This document shows, one piece after another, positions 26,986 through 39,306 of a DNA stretch of 64,000 nt. Made by a program: the position numbers and the translations under genes. The DNA comes from Nemertoderma westbladi (taxonomy: Eukaryota > Animalia > Xenacoelomorpha): positions 8,932 to 72,931 of the forward strand of contig JAUCBJ010004773.1 in assembly GCA_032718475.1 (NCBI GenBank), given 5' to 3'. Within the stretch, counting starts at the first letter, position 1. Each line of letters begins with the position of its first letter. The notes under the pieces are model-generated. The model saw nothing but the letters and a program-made list of their open reading frames with translations, had not been told where the DNA came from and made no database searches.

Positions 26986-27559
26986 TTCTAGGCACTAATT
27001 TTTCAATATTAATTTAACATTAAATGGAACACTAATATTTGTATACATCTTTGTTACCATTTACTTATATTGATTGTATTTAGGATAAAATCAAGACAAA
27101 GAAATCTTTCATGAGCCTCTATGCTAGGCTATAATAAACTGGCTGGGATTCCCTTTACTTGGGCGTTGATAGCTTGTTGGTGCTGTAAACTACATTATGT
27201 ACAAGATCAGTACATTGTGTGGGCACCGCCCCTTTCCTTAAAAAGGTTTCGGAATGTTAGCCCATCCCTTTGACCCTTTCACATATAGTTGGCATTCCCC
27301 CCCCCCCCCCCCCCCCCCCCAAATATGTAGATAAACCAATGCACACACACATTCTATGGTAACGGATAACCAATCTATTGTAACCTTTGTACTAGCTAGC
27401 TACGACCATGTTATTCCAATTAGTTAAAGTATTTTGGAGAGGAATGCCTTCAGCTCTCTTTGACAGGTGAATTCAATCCTGATTGGATGGTATTAATAGG
27501 AGTTGGCGTAATGTTTAAAAAGCTGAAAACGATTCTTTATGATTGGTTGATATTTCTGA

Positions 27560-27630
27560 ATTTACGTCATTGTTATGTAAGATAAGAGGTTGCCAATAAT
27601 GCGAGTGTCACAGTAAGTTATATATAAGGC
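27560..27630 (+). promoter_or_regulatory. Candidate core promoter of the UBA-methyltransferase gene
   Basis: TTACGTCA (CRE-like), CCAAT and TATATAAG about 105-170 bp upstream of ATG 27732. Confidence 0.4.
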
Positions 27631-27731
27631 AAGGGCGCGGTGTGGTGTGGAGTACTGGAGTACGGAGTAGGCCTATCTGTTTTATATCATTTTCATTGTT
27701 ATTGGTTGTTTCTGAAAAATATTTTGTGAAA

Positions 27732-29552
27732 ATGGCAGAAATTATTTGCGAATCCCCTGTTACAACTGGTATTAACTCTTATTCATTAATGCCATCCTAC
27801 GTTGCGACTTCTGAAGGCTTGGATATACTTAATGGCCATGGATTCACTCACAGCACAAAGAATGCCCATTTACTGTTAATGTTCGCTGGGGATTTACAAG
27901 TTGTATTGAAGATCCTACAAGGCCAGAGACAAAGATCAGTTAAAGAACGCGAAAGGGTGAGTCTTTATTTATAATTAATAAACGCCATGCCAGCCAGCGC
28001 CATACTGCCATACAGTACAGTTTGTTTGCGTTTCTTCATACTTACTATGTGTCATTTTATTTATGCCGATTATTTTATTACAACATTTTTACATTAGTCA
28101 GACACCTGGTACTATTAATGGCGAATTATAACTTTCGGTCCGTCTAAACAAAACACCCAACACAACAAGTCACACGAAATCACTCAAAAAAACTAGCAAA
28201 CTGTACTTAGGCAACATCATTTTAGTAAATTTGGTATTATAACTGCGGAATGCGTGGATGAAACTTTTAATATTAAATCGAAAATGTTACAATTTTTAAA
28301 TATAATTACATATGTTCTCAATATGTTCTCAGTCAAGCCATGCGTGTTGCTAATTGTAAAGTGCAACTTTTTACACAAATTATTTGCATGTACGATTTAT
28401 TTTCTTTCCCAGGACCTGAATAGAAGCAGACGTCAACGTTTCCACGAAACAATCAAACAGCTGGTGTCAGAAGGTTATCCAGACCATCAGGCCTTCATAG
28501 CAGTCTGGCACAATGATGGCGACATAGAGACAGCGAGACGGAGTCTGCAGAAGAAATTCAATCTACGGAGGACAGAGTCAGACAATGAAATAGATAGCGA
28601 GGATGTCAACAACATACAGGAGCCGCTTACAGAAAGTGTCGCTACTGAAACCGAACCTGAGGAGTACCGGTATGTGATTGAGAAGCAAGACGTTGAATTG
28701 TTGGAAAAACTTACTCTTTGTCACTACAAACATTGTGAAAAGGTTTTAGAAAAAACTAAAGATTTCGAAGCCGCTAAAACTCATCTTTGTATTTATAGAG
28801 AAACCAAATTACAATCTGTGAGAACTACAGAAGAGAGACGCGATAAAGTTAATGAGTTGATTAAAATTACAGGTTACTCCCGAGAAAGGTGTAAGAATAT
28901 TCTAGAACATTTCGGTTGGAATTTAGAGAAAACTGTTAATAAATTTAATAAACATAAATCGAAAACAGAAAGTGTTTCGGAGAATAAGGATGAGTCATCC
29001 GGTACAAACAATTCAGATTTCGAATTAACGAATTTGCCGGAACTTCGGGATAAAGAGCAATATTTCTACTCGAAGCAAACCTTGCGGGATCTAATACGCC
29101 TCCTCGCGGGGTTCGACAATCCTTGTTGTCTGAGTTGTCCTTCGGTTGGCGACGCCTTCTATCAGATGCGACGACACGTGACCGTGCTGGACATAGACGA
29201 ACGGTTTAATTATTTACCGGGGTTTCGCTACTTCGATCTCAACTCTCCCACGGTTTTGGATGACAACTTCGATATAATTCTGTTCGATCCTCCGTTCTTC
29301 CAGATTCCGATGGAGCGGTTGGTTGCCGCGGTGGACAAAGTATCAGATGGGAAGGACGAAGGTCAACCTTTTATTATCAGTTTCGTTAAACGCAAGCAGA
29401 AGACCTTGTTAGATAGTTTCCATAGATACCGGCTTAGGGCTACTAATTACTACCCCGAGTACGCGTCTGTGAAAAGCAGTAAGAGACTAAATTATCTATT
29501 TTATACCAACTGGGATGGACTTCCAAACAACGCAAAAGATCTAATCATATAA
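27732..29552 (+). CDS. Two-exon gene (27732-27956, 28413-29552; about 454 aa): multiple UBA-like helical repeats plus a C-terminal N6-adenine-MTase-fold (EEF1AKMT1/ZCCHC4-like) domain
   Basis: Donor AGG|GTGAGT and acceptor tttcccag|GAC, both phase 0; motifs EQYFYS, CLSCPS, VLDIDERF, FDIILFDPPFF; UBA-like LIKITGYSRERCKNILEHFGWNLEKTV. Confidence 0.78.
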
Positions 29553-30157
29553 CAAGTTAATATTTATTATAACTAAAGTATAGAATTTAAGTTGTGAAGT
29601 ACTTGTTTTTTATCATTTTATTTCCCTCTGATTACTTATTTACATTGCCGTATATTGATATTAACAGCAGAGTAGACCTGAGACCATTGCTTTGATTATC
29701 TTGAACCGTCCTCGTGAATAAAGTACAGACGTTGACGTGCATATATCATAAATAATTAACGTGACTGCACTAATTGCTTGGAAAGGAAACGTGCCTATTG
29801 TGTTGTTGTTGTTGTTGTTTATTGTTTTCTTACTTCTCAAATTTCATACTCTAAAATTTTTGTGTTCGTTTAATCTCATGGTCTTGTCATGTTTACTTTA
29901 CGTCTATGCATTAAATAATTACATATTATTAATATGATTTAAGATGATACATTTTAATTTATTAGTACCGGTATAATAATATGTGTAATGTGTATTAAGA
30001 TATAATAACTATTTCTATTAGTTACAACCTGCTACCGCGAATGCGGTGGTGAAATTGGAACCTGAGGGTGATGGACAATTACAGTATAATAAATGCTTCA
30101 GGCCAGGCCCTCTGATAAGAACACCATCAATTATCATCACACACATAATAAGAGCCC

Positions 30158-30311
30158 AATAATAACCAACAATAATAACCAACAATAATAACCAACAATA
30201 ATAACCAACAATAATAACCAACAATAATAACCAACAATAATAACCAACAATAATAACCAACAATAATAACCAACAATAATAACCAACAATAATAACCAAC
30301 AATAATAACCA
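30158..30311. repeat. 13-bp minisatellite (aataataaccaac)n
   Basis: About 12 perfect units. Confidence 0.95.
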
Positions 30312-30933
30312 AAAAAAGGCCAGAATCGCCTTTGTTTACTTCACCTATTTGTGTACCGTAATGATTTCCATATAACGACTATTCTTCTTCTCTCTGTTTA
30401 TAAATTTCTGTTAAGAAATATAAATTCTTCTCGATGAATTTCAAAATGACTATAAAGTAAATTTGTAATGCACAGTGTTATTTTATTTCTCACATTTACA
30501 GTGCAGCTCACCTGAGCGCATAAGCTATGCTTTGCTGAGGTTAGTACTTTGGTTGAAGTCGGAATTCGGGGGGTGCAATTGTTTTCTTTAGATTTATACT
30601 GTAGACCTACTAACTAGACTTAGTCAGTTGTAACTATTAAACAATATCGTACAGTAATTATCCTAAGGCCTCAGGGGGGTGGGTTGGGTTGGTAACACGT
30701 GCATGCTCTCATTAAATATTTTAGTTGAATCGTGTTGGGTATAGGTTTAGATTTATTACATCATTATATTGGATATTATACGAGTCCTATGGGCTCAATC
30801 AATCAGAGCGCCTGCTATCAAATAAACTACTATCATATTTATTATTTATTTATTTTTGAAGTAAATAATAATAGTATAAATTCCTTAGTTTACTTACCGA
30901 TCTGTTTATTTACCGGTAATTTATTTCCCGCAG

Positions 30934-31150
30934 TTCCGAAGAGGAAGACTTTGCCTCCGAGGATCCCTCCACATTGGACTCCTGGGTGTTCGACCGATTC
31001 TCCCAGTGGATTTCTAATGTATCCCAATCGGATTCTCTGCACCGCGATATTTCCAGAGACGGGACTATTATCTTCCTGCATTTGCTGGGAATGGACACGA
31101 CCGGTCACTCATACAGACCACATTCTGATGAATATCGACAAAATATGCAA
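30934..31150 (+). CDS. PIGN: PIGN exon 3
   Basis: Acceptor ttcccgcag|, phase 2; EEDFASEDPSTLDSWVFD...IIFLHLLGMDTTGHSYRPHSDEY; donor CAA|GTTAGT. Confidence 0.93.
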
Positions 31151-31817
31151 GTTAGTAATCCTCTCCCTTATGCAAGTATATTGAATGTATCAAATACATC
31201 ATCATATTTTGGTCCGTTATCCGCTTAACCAAAGAGTCCCTCCCTGACATGACTGCAAGGCCTTCACTTGTAGAACTCCATGCCTAGCTTCGAGCTTAGA
31301 ACTTCAAATTTCCCGCGGGAGCCATTCAGCAATAAAATCTGTAATTCATGAACCCGTCTTCAGTTCAGCTACACTCAGCTACCACATGGGCACATGGCCG
31401 TCTTCAGTTCAGCTACACTCCGCTACCACATGGGCACATGGCATATCGATTGGGTGTCGTTACATCTATTCTAAAGTACTTTAGTTACAAACCCGTAAAA
31501 ACGACATTAGTTCCAATGGAATAATAGTCTCTTAGTTCTAAACCGGACAGCATTTGTTCTAAACCGGATACATCAATAGTTCGAATCAAAGCGTCAGTAG
31601 TTCTAATTGTGAACGTCATTAGTTTCAATTGATTAGCACACACAACTAATATTAATTCCCCACCTCCGCCTGTCCCTTCCTAATTCCCAACTAAAATCAT
31701 TTCCAAGTTACCTTGCAACGTTATATAAAGTTATTTACATTTAAAGAATAGCATGAAATGCAAATACCGTTAACCTGGGCTATTGATTTATCTTTTATTG
31801 TTTTGTTAGAAAAACCT

Positions 31818-34800
31818 ACTACTGTACTACACCTACGCCACACCCCATCCTGGCCCTAACGTACTACTACTGTACTACACCTCCGCCACACTCCATCCTG
31901 GCCCTAACGTACTACTACTGTACTACACCTCCGCCACACCCCATCCTGGCCCCAACGTACTACTACTGTACTACACCTCCGCCACACCCCATCCTGGCCC
32001 TAACGTACTACTACTGTACTACACCTCCGCCACACTCCATCCTGGCCCTAACGTACTACTACTGTACTACACCTCCGCCACACTCCATCCTGGCCCTAAC
32101 GTACTACTACTGTACTACACCTACGCCACACCCCATCCTGGCCCTAACGTACTACTACTGTACTACACCTCCGCCACACCCCATCCTGGCCCTAACGTAC
32201 TACTACTGTACTACACCTCCGCCACACTCCATCCTGGCCCTAACGTACTACTACTACTGTACTACACCTCCGCCACACTCCATCCTGGCCCTAACGTACT
32301 ACTACTGTACTACACCTCCGCCACACTCCATCCTGGCCCTAACGTACTACTACTGTACTACACCTCCGCCACACCCCATCCTGGCCCTAACGTACTACTA
32401 CTGTACTACACCTACGCCACACCCCATCCTGGCCCTAACGTACTACTACTGTACTACACCTCCGCCACACCCCATCCTGGCCCTAACGTACTACTACTGT
32501 ACTACACCTCCGCCACACTCCATCCTGGCCCTAACGTACTACTACTACTGTACTACACCTCCGCCACACTCCATCCTGGCCCTAACGTACTACTACTGTA
32601 CTACACCTCCGCCACACTCCATCCTGGCCCTAACGTACTACTACTGTACTACACCTCCGCCACACTCCATCCTGACCCTAACGTACTACTTCTACTGTAC
32701 TACACCTCCGCCACACTCCATCCTGGCCCTAACGTACTACTACTACTGTACTACACCTCCGCCACACTCCATCCTGGCCCTAACGTACTACTACTACTGT
32801 ACTACACCTCCGCCACACTCCATCCTGGCCCTAACGTACTACTACTGTACTACACCTCCGCCACACTCCATCCTGGCCCTAACGTACTACTACTGTACTA
32901 CACCTCCGCCACACTCCATCCTGGCCCTAACGTACTAACTACTGTACTACACCTCCGCCACACCCCATCCTGGCCCTAACGTACTAACTACTGTACTACA
33001 CCTCCGCCACACCCCATCCTGGCCCTAACGTACTACTACTGTACTACACCTCCGCCACACTCCATCCTGGCCCTAACGTACTACTACTGTACTACACCTC
33101 CGCCACACTCCATCCTGGCCCTAACGTACTACTACTACTGTACTACTGTACTGAACCAATGAAAAATGTTCGAAATTTGGGTGCCTATTTTGACTCAACA
33201 ATGTCAATGGAAACTTTCGTTAGTCGAACATCTAGTGGTGTATCATATCACTTAAGAAATCTTCGGAAAATACGGCCATATCTTACACAATCGGCAGCAG
33301 AAAAGCTAGTTCATTCCTTGATATCAAGTCGTTTGGATTATTGTAATTCACTTTACTATGGCATCGCTGAATATCAATTAGATCGATTACAACGATTGCA
33401 GAATATGGCTGCCCGTCTCGTGACCCGTATACAAAAGTATGATCATATCACACCGATTCTAAAACGGCTTCACTGGTTGCCTGTAAGACAACGCATTGAG
33501 TTTAAAATACTGTTGCTAGTATACAAGTCTGTTAATGGTCAATCCCCAGATTATATCCAAGAATTAACCACCATATACACGAATCCATATAACAGCCGTT
33601 CTGGAAATACTGTGACGCTGGAAATTCCTACGTATAAACACAGAACGCTCGGTGAGCGCGCCTTCGCAGTATCGGGACCTACATTGTGGAATAAATTACC
33701 AACTAAAATACGTGCCGCAACATCTATTGAAATATTTAAGAAGAACCTCAAAACTCATTTATTCGATAAAGCGTTTCCAACCCCATCTTAATTAACTTAC
33801 TTTTAATTAAATACGTTATTTCTACCGAAGTATCTTAATTTCTTAATTCGCCTTGCTACGTTTTAGTACTTTCAATTAACTTCATTATTTTTACTTCGAA
33901 CTGCCTTGCTTCCACATAATGATGTAAATAGATATTACTTATTTTTTACCGAACTATTTTAATTTGCCTTCCTTGTTTTAAGTATTTTAATTATTATGAT
34001 TAATTAATTGTGAACTACTTCTTGTAATGTCATTGTTAACTCGAAAGTTGCAGCGCTTAGAGTATAATTTTAAATTTAAGTTTTTAGCGCTAAATAAATA
34101 TAATTTGATTGAATTTGATTGACTACACCTCCGCCACACTCCATCCTGGCCCTAACGTACTACTACTGTACTACACCTCCGCCACACTCCATCCTGGCCC
34201 TAACGTACTACTACTGTACTACACCTCCGCCACACTCCATCCTGGCCCTAACGTACTACTACTGTACTACACCTCCGCCACACTCCATCCTGGCCCTAAC
34301 GTACTACTACTGTACTACACCTCCGCCACACTCCATCCTGGCCCTAACGGACTACTACTGTACTACACCTCCGCCACACTCCATCCTGGCCCTAACGTAC
34401 TACTACTGTACTACACCTCCGCCACACCCCATCCTGGCCCTAACGTACTACTACTGTACTGCACCTCCGCCACACCCCATCCTGGCCCTAACGTACTACT
34501 ACTGTACTACACCTCCGCTACACTCCATCCTGGCCCTAACGTACTACTACTGTACTACACCTCCGCCACACTCCATCCTGGCCCTAACGTACTACTACTG
34601 TACTACACCTCCGCCACACTCCATCCTGGCCCTAACGTACTACTACTGTACTACACCTCCGCCACACCCCATCCTGGCCCTAACGTACTACTACTACTGT
34701 ACTACACCTCCGCCACACTCCATCCTGGCCCTAACGTACTACTACTGTACTACACCTCCGCCACACTCCATCCTGGCCCTAACGTACTACTACTGTACTA

Positions 34801-35720
34801 CACCTCCGCCACACTCCATCCTGACCCTAACGTACTACTTCTACTGTACTACACCTCCGCCACACTCCATCCTGGCCCTAACGTACTACTACTACTGTAC
34901 TACACCTCCGTCACATTCCATCCTGGCCCTAACGTACTACTACTGTACTACACCTCCGCCACACTCCATCCTGACCCTAACGTACTACTTCTACTGTACT
35001 ACACCTCCGCCACACTCCATCCTGGCCCTAACGTACTACTACTACTGTACTACACCTCCGTCACATTCCATCCTGGCCCTAACGTACTACTACTGTACTA
35101 CACCTCCGCCACACTCCATCCTGACCCTAACGTACTACTTCTACTGTACTACACCTCCGCCACACTCCATCCTGGCCCTAACGTACTACTACTACTGTAC
35201 TACACCTCCGTCACATTCCATCCTGGCCCTAACGTACTACTACTGTACTACACCTCCGCCACACTCCATCCTGACCCTAACGTACTACTTCTACTGTACT
35301 ACACCTCCGCCACACTCCATCCTGGCCCTAACGTACTACTACTACTGTACTACACCTCCGTCACATTCCATCCTGGCCCTAACGTACTACTACTGTACTA
35401 CACCTCCGCCGCACCCCATCCTGGCCCTAACGTACTACTACTGTACTACACCTCCGCCACACTCCATCCTGGCCCTAACGTACTACTACTGTACTACACC
35501 TCCGCCACACTCCATCCTGGCCCTAACGTACTACTACTGTACTACACCTCCGCCACACCCCATCCTGGCCCTAACGTACTGCTACTACTGTACTACACCT
35601 CCGCCACACCCCATCCTGGCCCTGACGTACTACTACTGTACTACACCTCCGCCACACCCCATCCTGGCCCTAACGTACTACTACTGTACTACACCTCCGC
35701 CACACCCCATCCTGGCCCTA
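31818..35720. repeat. 48/51-bp minisatellite interrupted by a LINE fragment; 150-bp higher-order repeat at about 34780-35400
   Basis: Unit tactactactgtactacacctccgccacactccatcctggccctaacg; variant ctgaccctaa recurs at 34821, 34971, 35121 and 35271. Confidence 0.95.
33153..34122 (+). mobile_element. 3' fragment of an L2/CR1-group LINE
   Basis: RNLGAYFD, SRLDYCNSL, LQRLQNMAARLV, HITPILKRLHWLPV..RIEFK; 3' end cagcgcttagag...agcgctaaataaat followed by a (ttga) tail. Confidence 0.88.
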
Positions 35721-36194
35721 TTATGGAAGTGGCATGACTTTTAGATTGTAACTTTTCGATGATCGATCTTTGTGTTTTATGCATACGGGCCAATATACTG
35801 CATAGACTAAAAAGACCCGGCAACCTTGTTGGAAGGATCCTAACCAAGTAAATCAATAGACAAATAAATCAAGTATATAAGTTATAAGTGTATCCCACGC
35901 CCACTCACGTAAAAACAACCACAATCAATTATGGTTGCTACAGTAGGTAATTACCATTGCCATTGCGTTTGGAACTACTGACGCCCTGATTAGAACAACT
36001 GACGTTTAGTTTAGAACTAAAGTATCTTTTCATTTAGAACTGAAGTCCATTGGAACTAGAGTACTTTTAACGTAAGTAACGGGATACCGGGCATATACAT
36101 ATATAATGCATGCCCCTGCATGCATATTGCATAATACATACCGTAGTACAGTAGATAACATGGTATGAAGGAATAAACGGGGTGTAAACGTTAA

Positions 36195-36793
36195 GCAGAC
36201 AGTGGTGCCGACAGTGGAGCAGACACCTGGTACGGGCAGTGGTGCAGACACCTGGTGCGGACAGTGGTGCAGACACTGGTGCAGACAGTGGTGCAGACAC
36301 TGGTGCAGACAGTGGTGAAGACAGTGGTGCAGTCACTGGTGCAGACAGTGGTGCAGACACTGGTGCAGGCAGTGGTGCAGACACCTGGTGCGTACACTGG
36401 TGCAGACACTGGTGCAAACACTGGTGCAGACAGTGGTGCAGACAGTGGTGCAGACAGTGGTGCAGACACTGATACAGACAGTGGTGCAGACAGTCGTGCA
36501 GACAGTGGTGCAGACACTAGTTCAGACAGTGGTGCAGAAAGTGGTGCAGATAGTGGTGCAGACAGTGGTCCAGACAGTGATGCAGACAGTGATGTAGACA
36601 CCGGGTGCAGACAGTGGCGCAGACAATAGTGCAGTCAGTGGGGCAGACAGTGGTGCAGACAATGGTGCAGACAGTGGTGCAGACAGTGGTGCAGACAGTG
36701 GTGCAGACAGTGGTGCAGACAGTGATGCAGACAGTGGTGCAGACACCGGGTGCAAACAGTGGTGCAGACACTGGTGCAGACAGTGGTGCAGAC
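36195..36793. repeat. 12-bp minisatellite (gcagacagtggt)n
   Basis: About 48 degenerate units. Confidence 0.93.
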
Positions 36794-36794
36794 A

Positions 36795-37068
36795 GATCTT
36801 CCTTAGCTTTCTCAACCTTGTTGATGTTGATGTTGATGTTTACGGTTGTTGGTTGTTCGGTTTTTACTTTGTAGGCTATCTTGAGATCTTCTCTCTTACA
36901 AGTAACCTCAGAGTCTTGCCTTGGCACATATTATTTTCGTTGGGGTTTCTGGGGAATATGCCTCTTGGCTGATTCCTTGTGGGCTTTTATTATATTCTGG
37001 TATATTGAAATGGTAGACTGGTCTTCGTCCATTTAAATAAGTACTTCAATGCGGTTTTGAACTTCTCC
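36795..37068 (-). pseudogene. Decayed LINE (RTE-like) linker fragment
   Basis: YQNIIKAHKESAKRHIPQK..VP....VTCKREDLKIAY with in-frame stops resembles the EN-RT linker of RTE ORFs. Confidence 0.4.
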
Positions 37069-37276
37069 TGCTGGGCTCTAACTGCTGAGGATACCAAATC
37101 TTTGCATGGCACATTCGCAAGAATGCTACGCCGGGTTCACTGTGTCAAGTACAATGTACACATCTCTAACCAGACACTATAAAACATTGGAGGTGTCTCA
37201 TTGGTTCCCCCAAGCTTGACACTAGACAAAGCCGCCTCCGCTTTGCATGACATTGCTTTCGTCATGAGGACCAGCA
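37069..37276 (+). mobile_element. Third, more diverged fragment of the same RTE family
   Basis: tgctgggctctaactgctgagga...ttggttcccccaagcttgacactaga matches 12001-12207 with substitutions. Confidence 0.85.
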
Positions 37277-38500
37277 ACTACTCGTCCGGACAAGATGTTG
37301 TAGCAACAACTCGTCCGGACGAGTTCTTGCTACAACATCTCGTCCGGACGAGTTGTTGCTACAACATTTCGTCCGGACGAGTTGTTGCTACAACAACTCG
37401 TCCGGACGAGATGTACAATGGTATGTAAATATATGTTTATACTGTATGGTAATTTATGAGTGGAGGCCTATTGTAGGTTGTCATCTTAATACCAGATTAG
37501 TGTTGTGTTTAAGGCCATGGTACCACTACCGGTACTACTATGCTGGTAGGGCTAACAAGTTTCTACAGTAGGCCTACTCCAATAAAATACCCTTACCCTA
37601 CCTACAGTATAAAATGTTTGCATAAAACATCTCGTCTGAACAAGTTATTGCTATAACATCTTGTCCGGACGAGTTGTTGTTACAACATCTCGTCCGGACG
37701 AATTGTTGTTACAACATCTCGTCCGGACGAGTTGTTGCTAAAACATCTCGTCCAGACGAGTTGTTCACATACAACATCTCGTCCGGACGAGTTGTTGCTA
37801 AAACATCTCGTCCAGACGAGTTGTTCACATACAACATCTCGTCCGGACGAGTTGTTGCTACAACATCTCGTCCGGACGAGTTGTTGCTACAACAACTCGT
37901 CCGGACGAGATGTACAATGGTATGTAAATATATGTTTATACTGTATGGTAATTTATGAGTGGAGGCCTATTGTAGGTTGTCATCTTAATACCAGATTAGT
38001 GTTGTGTTTAAGGCCATGGTACCACTACCGGTACTACTATGCTGGTAGGGCTAACAAGTTTCTACAGTAGGCCTACTCCAATAAAATACCCTTACCCTAC
38101 CTACAGTATAAAATGTTTGTATAAAACATCTCGTCTGAACGAGTTATTGCTATAACATCTTGTCCGGACGAGTTGTTGTTACAACATCTCGTCCGGACGA
38201 GTTGTTGTTACAACATCTCGTCCGGACGAATTGTTGTTACAACATCTCGTCCGGACGAGTTGTTGCTAAAACATCTCGTCCAGACGAGTTGTTCACATAC
38301 AACATCTCGTCCGGACGAGTTGTTGCTAAAACATCTCGTCCAGACGAGTTGTTCACATACAACATCTCGTCCGGACGAGTTGTTGCTAAAACATCTCGTC
38401 CAGACGAGTTGTTCACATACAACATCTCGTGCGGACGAGTTGTTCACATACAACATCTCGTCCGGACGAGTTGTTCATATACAACATCTCGTCCGGACAT
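37275..38500. repeat. Array of ~29-bp palindromic units (core ctcgtccggacgag) with a 499-bp internal duplication
   Basis: Unit acaacatctcgtccggacgagttgttgct; the spacer starting gagatgtacaatgg occurs at 37408 and 37907. Confidence 0.9.
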
Positions 38501-39306
38501 AAAACAAAACTAATTATTGTGGGGCGAGCCAACATCGAACTGTTATAATTATACTATGGCCTTTTTCTAAAAGGGGGTGTTTGTCGGAAGTCATAATTGT
38601 CGGAATCCAATATGTAACTAGCCATTAGTATAATTATAATTGTTCGCTAAGATGGCTTGCAGCTTTTTCTTCACGAAGGCCCCCACTCGTGTTTATTGCA
38701 TCATGGTTTATAATGTAATATTATTTTCACTATGCTAGAGATATATCATTTATCCGTAGCGAGGTAATAAAGAATCGACAGCATAGTGAAAATATATTCC
38801 ATTGTATTGTATCACTGTATCATTGTGGGGCCAACCACGAAGTGAGCGAAGCATTAGCATATGGGTACCATTAACGAGTTGTCTGTCGTCGTCGTCGATA
38901 ATTTTTGATCGCTAATAACTCGGTTATTCCTTGATGAAATTAACCGAAACTTGGTACGTATGTAGTCCGGCAAAAGTTTAGAAAGAATCTCAAGTTTGGT
39001 GAAAAACGAAGGAACGCAACGAGTTTACAGTGGATACGAGTATCCATCTGCCATAAATCAGCAGTTACTCTCACAGTTTCAAGACTTTGTACAGTTATAA
39101 AGGTCGTTAGTCTCCGTTTAGGGAAATTATTTTAAGACAAAACAGGACGAGCGCAACAAGGCTCATGAAGGAGAAGGGTATTGTAAAACTAAAAATGTCA
39201 TACTTAACTTAAATAGCCCTATAGTTAGAAGGTTTACAAATGACAGTTAAAGTGTGTAAGGGCAAACTGAAATGGATCTCTATTTTTACAACTAGTTTAT
39301 CACAAA

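Noticed and set aside
28254-28412. N-terminal 53 codons of the tracked 432-aa ORF
   Set aside because: AT-rich, starts at GTG and ends in a strong acceptor; it is intron sequence of the two-exon gene.
34109-35744. 542-aa and 541-aa repeat ORFs
   Set aside because: Two frames are open simultaneously in a 48/51-bp minisatellite that a LINE has interrupted; not evidence of coding.
37275-38500. CRISPR-like array (palindromic ~29-bp repeats)
   Set aside because: Units are head-to-tail without unique spacers, there are no cas genes, and the context is eukaryotic.
39240-39306. ATG 39240 as the start of the CRE-like ORF
   Set aside because: It lies outside the TSD-defined element boundary; fortuitous in-frame flank of a 5'-truncated copy.
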